From an uncultured beta proteobacterium (GTDB lineage Bacteria; Pseudomonadota; Gammaproteobacteria; Burkholderiales; Burkholderiaceae_C): a stretch of 64,000 nt of DNA. This document shows positions 24,052 to 34,936 of the stretch, one piece after another. Below the pieces are notes generated by a model that was not told the DNA's origin, ran no database searches, and saw only the letters and a list, made by a program, of their open reading frames with translations. The translations under genes were made by a program, and so were the position numbers. Numbering within the stretch: the first letter of the stretch is position 1; each line of letters opens with the position of its first letter. Location: the NCBI GenBank assembly GCA_963756415.1, contig CAVWNT010000010.1, forward strand, positions 72,920 through 136,919, read 5' to 3'.

Positions 24052-25380
24052 TCAGTGCAGCTTGATGCGCGGCCGGTGCGCGCGGTCGATCCATTCGCTC
24101 AGCGTGATCAGCGCCGTCTTCCTCAGCCCGCCCAACGCCAGCTGGTGCTGCTTGTGCAGCGCCCAGTACATCAGCCGGGCGATCTGGCCCTCGACGAACA
24201 GGCTGCCCTTGCTGAGACTGCCCATCAGGCTGCCGACCGACGAATATTCCGACAGCGACACCAGCGAGCCCTTGTCCTTGAAGACGAAGGGCGGCACGGT
24301 CTGCCCCGCCAGCAGCGTCGGCAGGGCCTCGGCCAGGTACATCGCCTGCTGGTGCGCCGCCTGCGCGCGCGGCGGCACCCAGCGCCCTCGCCCTGCGGGC
24401 AGGCCGCGCAGTCGCCCATGCGCGTAGATGTTCGGATCGCGCGTGGTCTGCAGGTTGCCGTTGACGAGCAGCTGGTTCAGCCGGTTGTGCTTCGAGCAGG
24501 CTCGGCGATCCGCCCAGGCTGCCGAGCAGCTCGTCGGCCTTGACGCCCGCCGCCCACACGGTGATGCGTCGAGGCGAGCGACCTTGCCACTGGCGGTGTT
24601 CACGCCGTGCGCCGTGACCTCGACCACCGTCTCGCCGGTGTGCACCTCGATGGCCAGCTTGCGCAGTTCGCGCAGCGCCGCGTGGCCCAGCCGCTCGGGC
24701 AGCTGCGACAACAGCCGCGGCGCGGCTTCGATGAGCACGATGCGCATGTCGTCGCGCGGGTTGACATGTTCGACACCGAAGCTGGACAGCACCCGCGCCG
24801 CCGAGTGCAGTTCGGCCGCCAGCTCGACGCCGGTGGCGCCACCGCCGACGATGACCACCGACCAGTGGCCGCCCGGGCGCGTCGCCCGGCAGGCTGTGCG
24901 CGCGCAGGCAGGCGTTGACCAGCCGTTCGTTGAACTGCCGCGCGGCGGCGGGGTGTCGAGCTTGATGCTGTGCTCGCGCTGCGCCGGGCGTGCCGAAATC
25001 GTGCGTCAGGCTGCCGACGCAGATGACCAGCGTGTCGTAGGGCAGTTGCTGCGGCGGCGCGATCTCGGCGCCGCGGTCATCGAAGGTGGCATCGAGTTCG
25101 ACGAGGCGCCGGGCGCGGTCGATCGCCAGCCATCTCGCCGATGCGGAACTTGAAGTGGTTCCAGCGCGCCTGCGCCAGGTATTCGATCTCCTCGGCGTGG
25201 GTGTCGAAGGTGCCGGCCGCGAGCTGGTGCAGCAGCGGCTTCCACACGTGGGTGCGCGCGGCGTCGACGAGCGTGACCTCGCCCGGCCCTTGCGGCCCAG
25301 CCGCGGCCCAGCTGCGTGGCCAGCGGCAGGCCGCCGGCGCCGCCGCCGACGATGACGATGCGGTGCAGGGGAGTCGTCAC
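24052..25380 (-). CDS. ndh: Type II NADH:quinone oxidoreductase, frameshifted
   Basis: RIVIVGGGAGG, WKPLLH, YDTLVICVGS, IVGGGATGVELAAEL, VPPRAQAAHQQA, C-terminal RPRIKLH. Confidence 0.9.
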
Positions 25381-25641
25381 CCGCCGATTGGAACATTGCC
25401 GCCGGTGCTGGCCCGCGCGCCCGCCGCTCCGGGGCTTCATGCACATCGGGATGGCCGTGCAGCCACCGCCCGGCGCCGGCGTCCACGCTCGCACGCGCGC
25501 CAGTGCACGAGATGTCCGCGCGCCGCTGCTCGCGCGCGGCGACGCCGAAGCGTGCCACGCACGCGATCGGCCAACGGTGTATCTTCGTTGCTCGGAGCTG
25601 AGCCGGGGCGCGATCAGCACGACTGTCGACGGAGTCTTGTC

Positions 25642-26595
25642 ATGCGCACCAAATCCCTGCTATCCGCGCTGCTGGTTTGTACGCTCGGATGCACCAGCGC
25701 TTCGGCGCAGCAGTACTTTCGCATCGGCACCGGCGGCACCGCCGGCACCTACTATCCGATCGGCGTGCTGATTGCGGGCGCCGTGTCGCAGCCCGGGGAC
25801 ATCGTGGTCACGGCGCAGGCCAGCAACGGGTCGCTGGGCAACGTGATCGGCGTCGCCGGCGGCTCGCTCGAATCGGGCTTCAGCCAGGCCGACGTCGCCA
25901 CCTGGGCCCAGACCGGCACCGGCATCTTCGAGGGCAAGCCGGCGCTCGCCAAGTTGCGGCTGATCGCCAACCTGTACCCCGAAAGCATCCATGTCGTGGT
26001 GCGCAAGGACGCCGATCTGCACGCCGTGGCCGATCTGCGCGGCAAGCGGGTGGCGCTGGACGAGGTCGGCTCGGGCAGCCTGATCAGTGCACGCCGGGTG
26101 CTGCTGGCGTATGGCTTGCGCGAATCCGATCTCAAGCCGGAGTACATCAAGCCGAACCAGGCCGCCGATCGGTTGCTGGCCGGCTCGCTGGATGCCTTCT
26201 TCTTCACCGGCGGCGTGCCCGCCAAGGTCATCAGCGAACTGGCCGCCAGTGCCGCCGGCATCCGCCTGCTGCCGATCGATGGACCGGTTGCCGAGCAGTT
26301 GCGCGGCAGCAGCGCGTTCCTGGTCAGCGAGCGCATCGCCGAGGGCGTCTACCCGGGTGTCGCGGCGACGGCGACCCTGTCGGTGGGAGCGCAGTGGGTG
26401 ACCAGCGAGGCGCTGGGCACCGAACTCATCTACCGCATCACCAAGGCCCTGTACAGCGAGGCCGGACAGAAGGCGCTGGCCGCGGGCCACCCGAAAGGCC
26501 GCTCGATCACGTTGTCGAATGCGCTGCGCGGCGCCGGCATGCCTTTCCATGCCGGCGCACTGCGCTACTACAAAGAAGTCGGCGTGCTGAAGTGA
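25642..26595 (+). CDS. TAXI-family TRAP solute-binding protein
   Basis: Intact: IGTGGTAGTYYPIG, SNGSLGN, QADVA, NLYPESIHVV, LDAFFFTGG, PFHAGALRYYKE. Confidence 0.92.
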   Translation: MRTKSLLSALLVCTLGCTSASAQQYFRIGTGGTAGTYYPIGVLIAGAVSQPGDIVVTAQASNGSLGNVIGVAGGSLESGFSQADVATWAQTGTGIFEGKPALAKLRLIANLYPESIHVVVRKDADLHAVADLRGKRVALDEVGSGSLISARRVLLAYGLRESDLKPEYIKPNQAADRLLAGSLDAFFFTGGVPAKVISELAASAAGIRLLPIDGPVAEQLRGSSAFLVSERIAEGVYPGVAATATLSVGAQWVTSEALGTELIYRITKALYSEAGQKALAAGHPKGRSITLSNALRGAGMPFHAGALRYYKEVGVLK

Positions 26596-28697
26596 GGTGG
26601 AATCTGTCGCAGCGCTTCGGCCCCGCGCTGCTGGCCGCGCTGGCCGGTGTCGTGCTGAGCGCATCGCTGGGCTACAAGCTGTGGCGTGAACGCGTGACGG
26701 TGCTGGACACGGCCAGCGCACAGACGCAGCGCTTTGCCGGCGCGCTGGAAGAGCACGCCCGCCAGACGCTGCACCGCGTCGGCAGCCATCTGAAGCAGGC
26801 CAACGAGGTGCTGAACACCCTGCAGCTCGAAGGTGTCGCCGACGAGGCCGAGATTCGCCGCGAACTGGCCGAGGTGTTGCCGGCCGATCGGCTGATCCAC
26901 TCGTTCGTATTGCTCGACACGCGCGGGCGCGTCCGTTTTTCCACGATGGCCGGGCCGCCCGAGTCGATCCCCGACGATCGTGCGGACCGCGACTACTTCA
27001 GGCCCCATGTGCGCGGCGCCGACCGCGATCTGGTGTTCGGCGCGCCCGAGAAGGCGCCCCATGACGGCGGCTGGGAGCTGCCCGTCAGCCGCCGCTTCAG
27101 CCTGCCCGACGGTTCCTGGGGCGGGGTGCTGGTGGCGTGGGTGCAGCCCGAATACTTCCAACCCTTCTACGACTCGATCATTCGCGGCGAAAAGGGCACG
27201 GTGACGCTGTTCCTGACTTCCGGCCGCGCGGCCGTGAGTTCGCCAGTGGACGAGGCGCGGATGCGCCGCGACTGGTCTACCGCGCCGCTGTTTCGCGAGC
27301 ACATGCCCAAATGGCCGACCGGCACCGAGCATGTGCGCTCGGTGGTCGATGGCGCGCAGCGCCTCTACAGCTACCGCGTGTTGAACGACTACCCGGTGGT
27401 GGTGAGCTACGCGCTCGACACCGAGGCCCTGCTCGCCGGCTGGCGCGCAACGGCCGGGCGCGACGCCTTGTTCCTGCTGCTGGCATTGACGGTGCTGGCC
27501 AGCGCGGCCGTGGCGCTGACGCGGCGCGATCAGGCGCGACGGGAAGCGGAACGCTCGCGCGCGCAGATGCGGGTGGCGCAGTCGGCCAACGAAGCCAAGA
27601 CCGAATTTCTGGCGCGCATGAGCCACGAGTTGCGCACGCCGCTGAACGCGGTGCTGGGCTTCGCGCAGTTGCTCGACGACCGCAGCGAACCACTGACGAC
27701 GCGCCAGCAGCGCAACGTGCGGCTGCTGCGCGATGGCGGGCAGCATCTGCTGGCGCTGATCGACGACATGCTCGACGTGGCCAGCATCGAGGCAGGCCGC
27801 CACGACATCGCCTGCGCGCCGGTGCCGCTGGACGAGGTGGTCGAGGCCAGCATCGCTTCGTGCGCCAATGCGGCCGACCGTGCGCAGGTGCATGTCGAAT
27901 CGAAGCTGCCCGCCGAATTGGCCCTGCATGTCAGCGCCGATCCGACCCGGCTGCGCCAGGTGCTGGCCAACCTGCTGTCCAACGGCATCAAGTACAACCG
28001 CGCCGGCGGGCGGGTGACGGTGACGGCCACGGCCACCGCCGAGCGCGTGCGCATCGCGGTCAGCGACGACGGGCTCGGCCTGACACCCGATCAGCAGCGC
28101 AACCTGTTCACGCCCTACGACCGGCTGGGCCGCGAGCGCAGCGGCATCCTCGGCACCGGCATCGGCCTGGTGCTGGCGCGGCAGCTGGTCGAACTGATGG
28201 GCGGCACGCTGACCTTGTGCAGCGAAGCCGATCGCGGCTCGACCGTGACCGTCGACCTGGCGCGCAGCGAGGCGGCGCCGGCGCCGGCCGGCAAGGTGAA
28301 CACGCAGCCGGGTCGGCTGCAGGGCGGCGGCCTGGTGCTCTACATCGAGGACGAGCCGGTCAACCAGGTGCTGGTGCAGGAGACGCTGCGCGGCTGCGCC
28401 GACATCGAGCTGCTGATGGCCGACAACGGGCACCAGGGCCTGGCGCTGGCGCGCGAGCGGCGGCCCGACCTGGTGCTGCTGGACATGCAGCTGCCCGACA
28501 TGAACGGGCCGCAGGTGATGCAGGCGCTGCGCAGCGACGTCGCCACCAGCGACATCACCGTGGTCGCGCTGTCGGCCGGCGCGATGTCGGAAGACATCGC
28601 GCGTGCCCACGCTGCGGGCGCGATCGAATACTGGACCAAACCCTTCGACGTCGCCCAGCTGCGCGCCGACGTGCGCCGCATCCTGGCAGCGGCCTGA
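26592..28697 (+). CDS. Hybrid sensor histidine kinase (Cache-type periplasmic domain, HisKA, HATPase, receiver)
   Basis: GTGA overlap with the TAXI gene. Two TM segments, ADRDYF, MSHELRTPLN, NLLSNGIKYN, GTGIGL, receiver YIEDEPVN...LLDMQLP...WTKPF. Confidence 0.92.
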   Translation: MRWNLSQRFGPALLAALAGVVLSASLGYKLWRERVTVLDTASAQTQRFAGALEEHARQTLHRVGSHLKQANEVLNTLQLEGVADEAEIRRELAEVLPADRLIHSFVLLDTRGRVRFSTMAGPPESIPDDRADRDYFRPHVRGADRDLVFGAPEKAPHDGGWELPVSRRFSLPDGSWGGVLVAWVQPEYFQPFYDSIIRGEKGTVTLFLTSGRAAVSSPVDEARMRRDWSTAPLFREHMPKWPTGTEHVRSVVDGAQRLYSYRVLNDYPVVVSYALDTEALLAGWRATAGRDALFLLLALTVLASAAVALTRRDQARREAERSRAQMRVAQSANEAKTEFLARMSHELRTPLNAVLGFAQLLDDRSEPLTTRQQRNVRLLRDGGQHLLALIDDMLDVASIEAGRHDIACAPVPLDEVVEASIASCANAADRAQVHVESKLPAELALHVSADPTRLRQVLANLLSNGIKYNRAGGRVTVTATATAERVRIAVSDDGLGLTPDQQRNLFTPYDRLGRERSGILGTGIGLVLARQLVELMGGTLTLCSEADRGSTVTVDLARSEAAPAPAGKVNTQPGRLQGGGLVLYIEDEPVNQVLVQETLRGCADIELLMADNGHQGLALARERRPDLVLLDMQLPDMNGPQVMQALRSDVATSDITVVALSAGAMSEDIARAHAAGAIEYWTKPFDVAQLRADVRRILAAA

Positions 28698-28724
28698 GCA
28701 GGCGGCAACCGGTCGCGCACAGCG

Positions 28725-31680
28725 TCAGCCGCAGGCACCCACATAGCCGCAGGCGGTGCAGAAGTCGCAGCCATCCTTGTGGATGACCGTGGCATTGCCG
28801 CATTCCGGGCACGCGCTGCCGGCCATCGGCGCGGGCCCGCTCGCGGCCGCCGGGCGCTCGGCCGGCGCTTGCAGGATGCCCATCTCGCGCAGCGCGTGGC
28901 CCTGCTCGTCGAGCACGCCGAGCATCGCGTAGCGGTGGATCACCAGCCGCGCCACGTAGGCCACCGTCGACGGCCAGACCTGCTGGCGGCGTTCGCCGGG
29001 CACCGGCGCCATGAAGTCGCCCAGCGGCTCGCCGACGTTGAGCAGCTTGCGCAGCTTCATGCCGATCCAGGCCGGGTCGATGACGCGCATGTCCAGCGAC
29101 AGCAGCCGCGCCAGGCCGTCGAGCGCGCGCGGGTAGTTGCCCGAAAAACCCAGCGCACACGGGCGCATCACCGGCGCGGCGCCGTCCGGCCGGCAGCTGC
29201 ACTTCCTTCAGCGTGACGGTGAACTGCTCGCCGGTGGCCGGGTTGTGCACGTCCACCGCCCAGGCCAGCGTGCCGGCAGCGGTGGTGCGCGGCTCGTCGC
29301 GGCTGAACATGGCATCGAGCACCGGCGTGTGGCCGCCTTCCTGCAGCGCGCCGAGCTGCTCGCAGCGCCAGCGGATCACCGCCGCGGTGGCCGCCACCAC
29401 GCCGGGGAACAGGCGCGGCTCGCCGTGCGGCGGGAACGGCATCTCGAAGGCGCGCTCCTCGGCCACCGTGGCCAGCGCGTCGAGCTTGAGCTTCAGCCAC
29501 TGCGCATCGTTGGCGCGCATGTCCATCGACAGCGTCTTGGCCATCGCCGACAGGCCGCGCGGCTGCTCGGCGCCGACCGCCCAGACCTCGAACGGCAGCG
29601 TCTTGGCGAACAGCCCCAGGTCGGGCCCGGCCTCGGCCGGCAGTTCGCCGACGAACAGCGCGAACTCGCCGTGCGGGTGCTGCGCACCATGAAGCTCCAC
29701 GCCGGGTTGCCGGCGGCCAGCTCGGGGCGGCCGGGCCAGCGCAGCGAGGTCAGCACCGGCGCCGGCAGCTTGTCGAGCTGCATGCGCTGGTTGGCGGCTG
29801 GCCGGCAGCGCCGACTGGCCGCCGTCGGCGCGCATCGGCGCCGGCTCCACCGGCCGGTGGCGGCGCCGGCACGCTCAGCACCGAGCCGAGCACCGCGTTC
29901 GGCCGGTAGGTGGCCAGGCCCTTCAGGCCGGCGCGCCAGGCCTGCAGGTACAGGTCCTCGAAGTCGGCATACGGGTAGTCGGCCGGCACGTTGACGGTCT
30001 TGCAGATCGAGGTGTCGATGAACGGCGCGACCGCCGCGACCATCGCCGCATGCGCCTGCGCCGACATCTCCAGCGCCGAGACGAAGGCTCGGGCCAGCGG
30101 CGCGTCGGCGCCGCGCAGGTGGCGGTACAGGCGCCAGGCGTGGTCTTCGACGTCGTACTCCTTGAAGCTGCCGTCGCCATCGCGCTTCTTGCGCGTGTAG
30201 CGCCAGCTGAACGGCGGCTCGATGCCGTTGCTGGCGTTGTCGGCGAAGGCCAGGCTGATGGTGCCGGTGGGCGCGATCGACAGCAGGTGCGAGTTGCGCA
30301 GGCCGTGCTGCGCGGATGCGCTCCTTCAGCGCCTGCCGGCAGGCGCGAGGCGAAGGTGCCGGCGCTGAGGAACAGGTCGGCATTGAACAGCGGGAAGGCC
30401 CCGCGCTCGCGCGGCCAGGTCGACCGAGGCACCGTAGGCCGCGTCGCGCAGCAGCCTCGGCGATGTGCGCGCGCCATGGCGCGCGCCTGGTCGCTGTCGT
30501 AGCGCAGGTTCAGCATCACCAGCGCGTCGCCCAGGCCGGTGAAGCCCAGGCCGATGCGGCGCTTGGCGCATCGCTTCGTCGCGCTGCTGCGGCAGCGGCC
30601 ACACGCGTGGCGTCGAGCACGTTGTCGAGCATGCGCGTCGCCACCGCCGCCACCGTCGCGCGAAGCCGGCCCCGTCGAAGCCGGCATCGGCGCTCGAAGG
30701 CGCGGCGTCACGAAGCGCGTCAGGTCGATGCGAGCCCAGGCAGCAGCAGCCGTAGGGCGGCAGCGGCTGCTCGCCGCACGGGTTGGTCGCGCTGATCGGT
30801 CTCGCAGTAGCCGAGGTTGTTGTCCTGGTTGATGCGGTCGAGGAACAGCACGCCCGGCTCGGCATGGTCGTAGGTGCTGCGCATGATCTGTTCCCACAGC
30901 GCGCGCGCGCGCGCCGTGCGGTAGACCCACAGGCCGTCGGCGCGCTGGTAGCGCGCCTGGCGCCTTCTGCGCCGCGCCCGGCTGCGGCGCGGTGCACCAG
31001 TTCGACCTCGCCGCCGTCTGCGACCGCCTGCATGAACGCATCGGTGACGCCGACCGAGATGTTGAAGTTGCTGCAGGTCGCCTTCGTCCTTGGCGTGGAT
31101 GAACTCCTCGATGTCGGGGTGGTCGCAGCGCAGCACGCCCATCTGCGCGCCGCGCCGGCTGCCGGCCGATTCGACCGTCTCGCACGAGCGGTCGAACACG
31201 CGCATGTAGCTGATCGGCCCGGAGGCGCTGCTCTGCGGTGCTGCCGACCTAGCGCGCCGCGCGGGCGGATGCGCGAGAAGTCGTAGCCGACGCCGCCGCC
31301 GCGGCGCATCGTCTCGGCGGCCTCGGCGCAGCGCGGTGTAGATGCCCGGCACGCCGTCTTCCGTCGGTGGCGATCGAGTCGCCCACCGGCTGCACGAAGC
31401 AGTTGATCAGCGTGGCCGCCAGCTCGGTGCCGGCGGCGGAGTTGATGCGGCCGGCGGGCACGAAGCCACGCCGCTGCGCATCGAGGAAGCGCTGCTCCCA
31501 TGCGCCGCGCTGCGCCGGCGGTTCGACCGCCGCCAGGGCGCGGGCGACGCGCGCGCGCACCTCGTCGACAGTGCGTTCGCCGCCCTTGGCGTATTTTTCG
31601 AGCAGCACGTCCTGGCTGATCGGCTGCTCGGGCAGGCTGGCACGGCTGGGCTGCGAGGGGATTTCGGTGCGGGTGCTCAT
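28725..31680 (-). CDS. nrdJ: Class II (adenosylcobalamin-dependent) ribonucleotide reductase, heavily frameshifted
   Basis: [78 protein letters not shown] and a C-terminal CPECG...CTACG. Confidence 0.92.
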
Positions 31681-31889
31681 GTCGGATGCGGCCTCAAACT
31701 GGCGCCGGGTCGATCCCCGGGCTGGCATTTTATCCAGTATCGAGTGGCTGTGAAGATGGGCTGTGACGTGCACAGCATGCATGGATCATCCGGGTGCTGC
31801 AACGCCAGCTCGCTGCGAGTGGATCGACCGCGGCGCGCTGCGGTACGGTACGGTACAAACCCGCACCAGCGCCGCCGAAGGAAGCCGAC

Positions 31890-32877
31890 ATGTCGCAGCA
31901 CAGTGAAAGACCCGCGTCGGCAGATGCCCGGTCCGCCCCGACCCGCTCGATCGCGCCCTACATCCGCGTCATCGGCCGCGGCAAGGAAGGCGCCCGTTCG
32001 CTCGATTCGACGCAGGCCCATGACCTGATGAGCCGCCTGCTCGACGGCGAACTGAGCGATCTGGAGATCGGTGCCTTCGCGCTGGCGATGCGCATCAAGG
32101 GTGAATCGGTGGCCGAGCTGAGCGGCTTCCTGCGCGCGGTGCACGAACGCTGCATCGCCTTGCCCGGCGCGCCGGCCACGACGCGGCCGCGGGTGCTGCT
32201 GCCGACCTACAACGGTGCACGCAAGCTGCCCAACCTGGCACCGCTGCTGGCGCTGCTGCTCGCACGCGAAGGCATCGAGGTGCTGATGCACGGCCCGTTG
32301 CTCGATGCCGGCCGCGTGGCCAGTGCGCAGATCCTGGCCGCGCTCGGGCATCCCCGCCTGCACCGATGGCGCGCAAGTGCAGGCCGCCTGGATGCGCGGC
32401 GAAGCGGCCTTCATGCCGATCGACACGCTGTGCCCGCCGCTGTCGCGGCTGCTGGATGTGCGCCGCGTGGTCGGGTTGCGCAACTCGGGGCATACGCTGG
32501 CCAAGATCCTGGCGCCGCTGCCGCGCGCGCTGCGGCTGGTGAGCTACACACACCCGGAGTACGCCACGCTGCTGGCCGAGTTTTTCGCGCACGAGCGTGC
32601 CGACGCGATGCTGCTGCGGGGCACCGAGGGTGAAGCGGTGGCCGATGCACGGCGCCTGCCCAGGCTGCAGGTGTTCGTCGCCGGCGCGGCGCACGACGAG
32701 CTGGGACACGACGGCCAGGGCGGCGCGCTGGCGGTGCTGCCCGAGCTGCCGCGCGAGCACGACGCCGACTCGACGGCGCACTACATCCGGCGCGTGCTGG
32801 CCGGATCGACCCCGCTGCCGGCGCCGATCGCCACCCAGGTGGCGGCGATCAGGCAGGCGTTGGCCGCGCTGCGATGA
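31890..32877 (+). CDS. ybiB: YbiB family (anthranilate phosphoribosyltransferase-like) DNA-binding protein, frameshifted
   Basis: YIRVIGRGKEGARSL, AMRIKGES, PTYNGARKLPNL, GLRNSGHT, SYTHPEY, RGTEGEAVAD. Confidence 0.88.
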
Positions 32878-34110
32878 ACAGCCCCAGCCGCTTCGCACGC
32901 ATCAGCAGGAAGACGACGATGGCCAGGTTGAGCAGGTTCCAGGCGATGCCGTTGAGGAAGGCGGCGCGGTAGGAGCCGGTGAGGTCGAACACCGCGCCGG
33001 ACATCCAGCCGCCCAGCGCCATGCCGAACAGCGTGGCCATCAGCACCGTGCCGACGCGCGCGCCGGCTTCCTGCGGCGGGAAGTACTCGCGCACGATCAG
33101 CGCGTAGCCGGGCACGATGCCGCCCTGGAACAGGCCGAACATCGCCGACACGAGGTACAGCGACACCAGGCCGTCGAACGGCAGGAACAGCAGCAGCGCC
33201 ACGCCCTGCAGCAGCGAGCCGAGCAGCAGCGTGCGCAGGCCGCCGATGCGGTCGGAGATCCAGCCCGACACCAGCCGGCTGACGACGCCCATGCCGAGCA
33301 TCAGCGACAGCATCTCGCGCGCCGCGCGCCGCGCCGAAACCGAGGTCGCCGCAGTAGGCGACGATGTGCACCTGCGGCATCGACATCGCCACGCAGCACG
33401 ACACGCCGGCCACGCACAGCAGCAGCTGCAGCGCGGCCGGGCGACATGCCCAGCGGCCGCGCCGACGCGGCGCGCGGTGCGCCGGCAGGCCGGCGGCCAC
33501 CGGCGCTGCCGCAGCCGGCGGCGGGCGGCGCAGACCAGCGCCAGCGGCAGCATCGTCAGCAGGCAGAAGACGCCGATGCCGACGTAGGTGCTGGCGCCAG
33601 CCGACGCTGTCGATGAAGTGCTGCATCACCGGCGGCCAGACCGCGCCGGCCATGTAGTTGCCGCTCATGCAGATGGCCAGCGCGATGCCGCGCCGGCGGT
33701 CGAACCACTGCGAGGTGTCGGCCACCAGCGGCGCGAAGGTGGCGGAGGTGCCGAGCAGGCCCATCAACAGCGCCCTGCGCCAGGCAGAACTGCCAGAGGT
33801 TGCCGGCCGAGCCGGCGCCGATGAAGCCGGCGCCCAGGCCGAGGCCGCCGAGCATCACCGGCACCATCACGCCGAAGCGGTCGGCCAGCCGGCCCATCAG
33901 GATGCCGCCGATGCCGAAGCCGATCATGGTCAGCGTGTAGGGCAGCGAAGCGTCGCCGCGGTCGACGCCGAAATCGGCCTGGATGCGCGGCAGCACCACC
34001 GTCACCGCGTACATGCCCGAGCCGCCGATGGTCATCAGCAGCAGCGACACGCCAAGCCGGAACCAGGCGTACGGCGATTCCTGCGGCGCGGCGGCAGCGG
34101 CGGTGCTCAC
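32849..34110 (-). CDS. MFS transporter, frameshifted
   Basis: MGRLADRFG, WFDRRRGIA, SGWISDRIGG and many TM helices. Confidence 0.85.
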
Positions 34111-34236
34111 CCCGGTACCTTCGTGCTGCGCACGGCGGTGCGAGCCCCTTCGGCCGGCCGCGTGGGGGTCAGCGGGCGGCATTTGCCTGGCAGCAGCCCG
34201 CCGGGCTCATGACTCAGGCAGCCGGCCGGCGCCACG

Positions 34237-34839
34237 CTACAGGTCGGCCGCATAGCGCGCGCGCATCTGCGCCTGGTCCTCGGCCACCGCGTCGTTGCCG
34301 GTCTGGTCGTTGATCATCTGCCCCATGCTCGGCAGCACAGTGCGATCGAGCTGCCGCTCGGGCTCCCACAGGCGCGAGCGCATGAAGGCCTTGGCGCAGT
34401 GCAGGTAGGCCTCCTGCACCGTCACCTCGATGACCAGCCGCGGCGGCTTCCTCTCGTCGGCGAAGTGCTGCAGGTGCTGCGGCTCGCGGCTGAGCCGGGC
34501 AGCGCCGTTGACGCGCAGCGTTTCTTCGACGCCCGGCAGCATGAACAGCAAGCCGATGTGCGCATTGTCGGCAATGTTGCGCAGCGAATCGAGCCGGTTG
34601 TTGCCCGAGGCATCGGGAATCAGCAGCGTGCGCGGGCCGGTGGCCTTGACGAAGCCGGCCGCACCGCCGCGCGGCGACGCATCCATGCGGCCATCGCGGC
34701 TGCCGCTGGCGATGACCACGAACGGCGACAACGCGATGAAGCGCAGGCAATGGCGGTCCAGCGCATCGAGCTGCTTCTTCACTGCCCGCTCGCCAGGCGC
34801 CGGGTACAGCGCCAGCAGTTCGGCTGGGTTTTGATTCAT
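34237..34839 (-). CDS. Pyridoxamine 5'-phosphate oxidase-like FMN-binding protein (MSMEG_1061 type)
   Basis: Intact 200 aa: DASPRGG, GNNRLDSLRN, ETLRVNG, YLHCAKAFMRSRLW. Confidence 0.88.
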   Translation of the reverse strand: MNQNPAELLALYPAPGERAVKKQLDALDRHCLRFIALSPFVVIASGSRDGRMDASPRGGAAGFVKATGPRTLLIPDASGNNRLDSLRNIADNAHIGLLFMLPGVEETLRVNGAARLSREPQHLQHFADERKPPRLVIEVTVQEAYLHCAKAFMRSRLWEPERQLDRTVLPSMGQMINDQTGNDAVAEDQAQMRARYAADL

Positions 34840-34936
34840 GTTGGGGCCTTCGACGAGGCCGAATTATGTCCGCCCCAAGGCGGTGCGCGCCGGGCGCCAC
34901 AGCGGCGTGGCAAGGCGCGCGTGATAGCCTTTCCCG

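Noticed and set aside
28725-31680. Programmed frameshifting, intein or intron in nrdJ
   Set aside because: The shifts are numerous and scattered, with no slippery sites evident. The core motifs are at normal spacing with no inserted element.
31733-31785. NrdR boxes upstream of nrdJ
   Set aside because: The two weak matches (CACTCGATACTGGA on the minus strand, CACAGCATGCATGG on the plus strand) have several mismatches and a 38-bp spacing. Too degenerate to call.
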